Below, in pieces: positions 60,181 to 64,000 of a DNA stretch of 64,000 nt. The stretch covers positions 992,001 to 1,056,000 of the forward strand of contig JAYWIR010000034.1 in NCBI GenBank assembly GCA_036172245.1, written 5' to 3'. A program made the translations under genes and the position numbers. The first letter of the stretch is position 1. Every line of letters begins with the position of its first letter. This DNA comes from Raillietiella orientalis (Eukaryota). Below the pieces are notes generated by a model. The model was not told the origin of the DNA. It was given only the letters and a program-made list of their open reading frames with translations, and did not search any database.

Positions 60181-62875
60181 AAAACAGGATTACCATACAT
60201 TTTTAAAGAATTGCCTTACATTTTCGTCCGTAAATAGGCAATTGGGAATTTTCAAACTGTCTTATGAGCATTGCAGCCAAAAAGTAAAAACAGCATGAAA
60301 AGTAAAAAAAAAATTTCAACATGAATTGGATGCCATTTTTCCTAATTATCTTTTGTAGTGCTGACAATGCAACATGAACTTCCATGCAAAATTGAAATAA
60401 CTGTTAATTTCATAGAAAATATTCGTCATAGGTATGAAATTTTCATATTGAAACAGTAGCGTCCTTTAATCGAAAAGGAGAAATTCATATTCAAATATAA
60501 TCATTTTTAATTAAGGAATAAGAATGCAAAGTGCTAAGCACAGCAAACTTAGGAAGCACATGTACAACTTCTATGAACACAAACACAAATACAAATGCTT
60601 ATTGATTTTTCTATATTTGTTTCTAAATTTTTCGCTCTCCAGATTAATTGGAAAATAATAGTCTTATAAAGAAATGTTATGTATAAAATCAATTTATGCA
60701 TCTGCTCAGAATAAATCCAAATGGTTACTCGTACATTAACTGAATTTGGCGTAAAATTGGTTTCCGATTATTAAAAACCACTCAGAAGTTATCACAAACA
60801 AAGCCTGATCGTTAATGAACAATTTTGCTGCCTTCAAATGATAGTATACAAATATGTCATATTTGCGTTTCAAAGAATTATTTAACTTTTGGTTTTTGCA
60901 TTTAAGAATTTGGGAATACATAAGAAATATCAAGCAACAAAAATTAGTAGACGTAGATGCATCAACAAAAATTAATTTACGGACATGGGAAGCATTTTTG
61001 AGATCCTGAGGAACAAAAGTGAAAATTATGTTTACATTACTTTGAAAATTGGATTTCCAGTAAAGCTGCTTGAGTAATTTTAATCGGTTTGAAGACAGCT
61101 TGGAATGACTAATGGAAGTCAATTTATTAAGATAAATGATCATAGACTTTTTGAAATTATCTACATTAAGATCTGCATGGTATTTGCTCTAAAAAAGGAA
61201 TAGAGTTATGAAATTTAAAGCCAAGAAAAGTGGAGAGCTCTTCTATTTAATGTCATATAAAGATTTGCACTTTTTTAAAATTCAGAATTATTCTTTGTAA
61301 AGCATCTTTTGTAAAAAAGTACAATGAATGCTAATTGTTTTGATTTCTAGTTTGGTAATGCTTGTAAAAATACTGAAGTTTGCTGCAATTCTACGAGTAT
61401 GGAAAACGTACAAGCACAGTTAGTTTAGCGAAGGGAACGCAAACCAGCGTTAAAAATATCCAAAAACGGAAAGTCATAACCATGGTACCAAAATTCTGCA
61501 AATCTTTTATGAATGAGGAAAAAGTATGACTTTTTTTCAGAAAAGAATAGAGAAATGCTACCTAACTAATTCATCACTACTGTAAGAAACAAGCATTGGT
61601 AATGTGCAAAGCTTCGCTCTAGAATTTTTATTAATTAAACGTAAAATCATTTATTTCCTACAATAAGCGCAAAACAAATCATTTAGAGAGAAGGCGTTAG
61701 TCACTCGCTGTTTCTTTTATCTATTCCTCGTGTTGAGCATAAATTGTTTCGTATGTGCTTTTTCTGGGTAATTTTTATGTCCTTGAAAATTCCAATTGAT
61801 GATACATTTGTAATCATGTTTTATATTTGTGAAGAATTCCAAGAGATTGTGTTGCTGAAAGTTTTGTTCATGTATGCATGTTCTGTAATTCATGTTCATA
61901 TGACTAATTGCAGTATGATTGCACGATTGGAGCAAAGAATGGATAGGTGACCATGTCTAGCATAGCAAACATCGGATTACAGTGTAATTGACACTGACCA
62001 AATTTAGGCAGAGGCTGGGGGGATTACAGAGTGTATTAGGAAGAACATACTATAGGAAGCCTTCTCCAGTATATGTTAGATTTGAGCAATTTGAGCAATT
62101 TGAGCGAAATGCAGGAAATCGGATGAAGATAAGGCTGCAGACTATTTGTAATGTGGACTGTAAGCCACCGCCAGAGGGGACTCCGATTCAATAACATAGA
62201 CGTCACTGATGTAATTGGTCAGTGCAGCATGTGTGAAGCAAGATTCATACATTTGTATATTCGTCTTGTTACTAGAAGTACTGGGTAGATTCGTGCAAGC
62301 TGTTAGGTTATCATGATTGAGCGCCACAGTGCGACAGCTTGAATGTGCTGTATGTTATGTTCCACTAGCAGTCAATGCTGGCTGCTTGATACCGAACCAG
62401 TGTACAGTGCATTAGCGTGGTTTCTGGGTGATGAGCTTTGAATTCTGGTCTATTTGAACTTATGTTGAAGTGGAGGAAAATGATAAAGACTGTGATTAGC
62501 TACACAAACGATATGACGATAAGGCAACTTTAAGGTTCATCGAAAAAGTTGTATATGTTGAATTTTGCCTTGAAAATCATTCAGAACTTCTACAGTATAA
62601 CATCTTAGAACTCGAAATGTATTGTTACTGATTTAGGGGGATCATGCCTTCCAAGGTAATTTCTTCAAGTTTACTGCTGCCATCTGAATTTGTTTTTTTT
62701 AAAGTACACAATTTTCTATTAAGTCGACTGAGAGAAATTGCATGCCAAATGTGTTTAAATTATAATGTATTTCATTTTTACACAAATAATTTGAGTCAAA
62801 ATCACAGTGAATAGGTTCTCAATTTTTTCTTTCTGAAGAAAGAAACACTCCTTAGAACCTTTGGTTCTTGTTTTG

Positions 62876-64000
62876 TTAATGTATCCTTGACAATTGTTGT
62901 TCATCTGCTAGAAGGTGATTCAGATAAGAAGTGAATGATTGCGTTTGCTTCTTCTCTCTGTGTATATATGCCTTCAGTTTTTCCAAAGTATTGTTGATCA
63001 CTTCGTCCTGAAGAAAACTTGTTTTTTGTTTACCTGGTAACAATTCCACTTTGTTTTCAAGTGATTTTCTCGTTTTGTCAAACACTTGAAAGAGAATTAA
63101 AATAAACATAATTGTTGAAGATCACTTACTTAAAATTCTTGGTGGATGAAAACTCAATAAACGTTCTAATTGGATATAGACATGTATGTCTGTACCATAA
63201 GCATTTAAGGCAGATAAGCAATATTGAAGGCAGACTTCAAAAAGCCGCACACACACAATATTGCTGTCTAAGGGGTTTTCAAGTTCCTCAGAAGCATTTA
63301 TAAGGCTTTGTTTTGCCGATATGACATGAAGGGAAATGGGAGACATTTCGTCCTTTATGAGAGATGACAAATATAATAATATGGATTGATTAGGATGCAT
63401 TTCAGGCAAAAGAATTTGGGTTATCAACTGAAAAATGCAACAAATTTAAGGCATTAAAAGTCAAGAATATTAACTGTTTTCAAGTGCAGCAAAGTTTTTG
63501 GTTCATTCCAAGAATCTGGAGGTAAATCTAAACAGTTTTTGAATTCTGGTGGTGGCCAGTCCAAATGTGCCAAGTCAGGATGCCCTATTGTTTCTGCAAG
63601 ATGACATAAAGTAACATTGAAGTATAGTAACAATACTCTAAAATCCTAAAATAAATCATGAAAATTTCCTTGAAACTCAATACCTTACCCTTTCACTTCC
63701 ATCACAAAATACATTTAAAACCTTATCATATAAGAAAACTTCCAAAAGATCGGATAAATAAAAACACGTTAAGTCTGGCAAAGGTTTAGATAAAATGGCT
63801 ATCTGCTGTACAATTCTGCACAGCTATAGAATTATATTTAATGTCATCAAAACATCTTTTCATTTACATTACCTTCAAATAGTTACAGATTTCATCTTCC
63901 TTGAATTGTTCAATTAATGTAGCTCCAGCATTAAGTAACTCAGGACTAATTTCATCTCCACTCGTGAGAATTGCATAAGGCATTCCTTGGAGCACATGCA
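62876..64000 (-). CDS. 3' exons of an unidentified, Leu-rich, probably alpha-helical protein; 5' end lies outside the window
   Basis: Phase-consistent GT-AG exons 64000-63873, 63823-63689, 63645-63475, 63427-63130 and 63084-62876, separated by 43-49 nt introns, with no internal stops (..LAHLDWPPPEFKNCLDLPPDSW..RLFEVCLQYCL..QLSRIH*). Confidence 0.8.

Noticed and set aside
60736..61143. 135-aa ORF between CDC20 and the right-hand gene
   Set aside because: AT-rich K/N/I/F/L composition, no motif, and no supporting splice structure found.
1..64000. CRISPR arrays, rRNA, or prokaryotic operons/defence systems
   Set aside because: No regularly spaced repeats or rRNA-like sequence were seen, and all genes are intron-containing eukaryotic genes.

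Overview
Eukaryotic (animal, probably ecdysozoan invertebrate) genomic DNA with spliceosomal GT-AG introns, many only 39-60 nt. Four protein-coding genes can be built by hand. (1) A macroglobulin complement-related (Mcr/TEP/CD109-like) gene with an LDLa module on the minus strand, ~12.8 kb to beyond the left edge. (2) Gamma-tubulin complex component 5 on the plus strand, 43697-47477. (3) CDC20/fizzy on the minus strand, 59808-57241. (4) The 3' part of an unidentified gene on the minus strand, 64000-62876. The intergenic stretches 13-43 kb and 48-56.6 kb are mostly decayed L1/Tx1-like LINEs, a long tRNA-headed SINE-like family, and weak Gypsy and CR1-like remnants. The most interesting signals are: (a) a ~700-850 bp tRNA(His)-like-headed, hairpin-rich SINE family, including an inverted pair whose 516-bp cores are 98.4% identical while heads and tails diverge; (b) a poly(A)-less LINE 3' tail (AATAAAC plus a GC hairpin) found five times, one copy with a clean 16-bp target-site duplication, and echoed at the SINE ends, suggesting a LINE/SINE partnership; (c) a sharp GC and GC3 step inside the Mcr gene that coincides with a jump in intron size; (d) a variant C-box and a CHR-palindrome promoter in CDC20. 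Most ORFs in the supplied track are GC-rich artefacts. All family assignments come from motif recognition by eye, not database searches.
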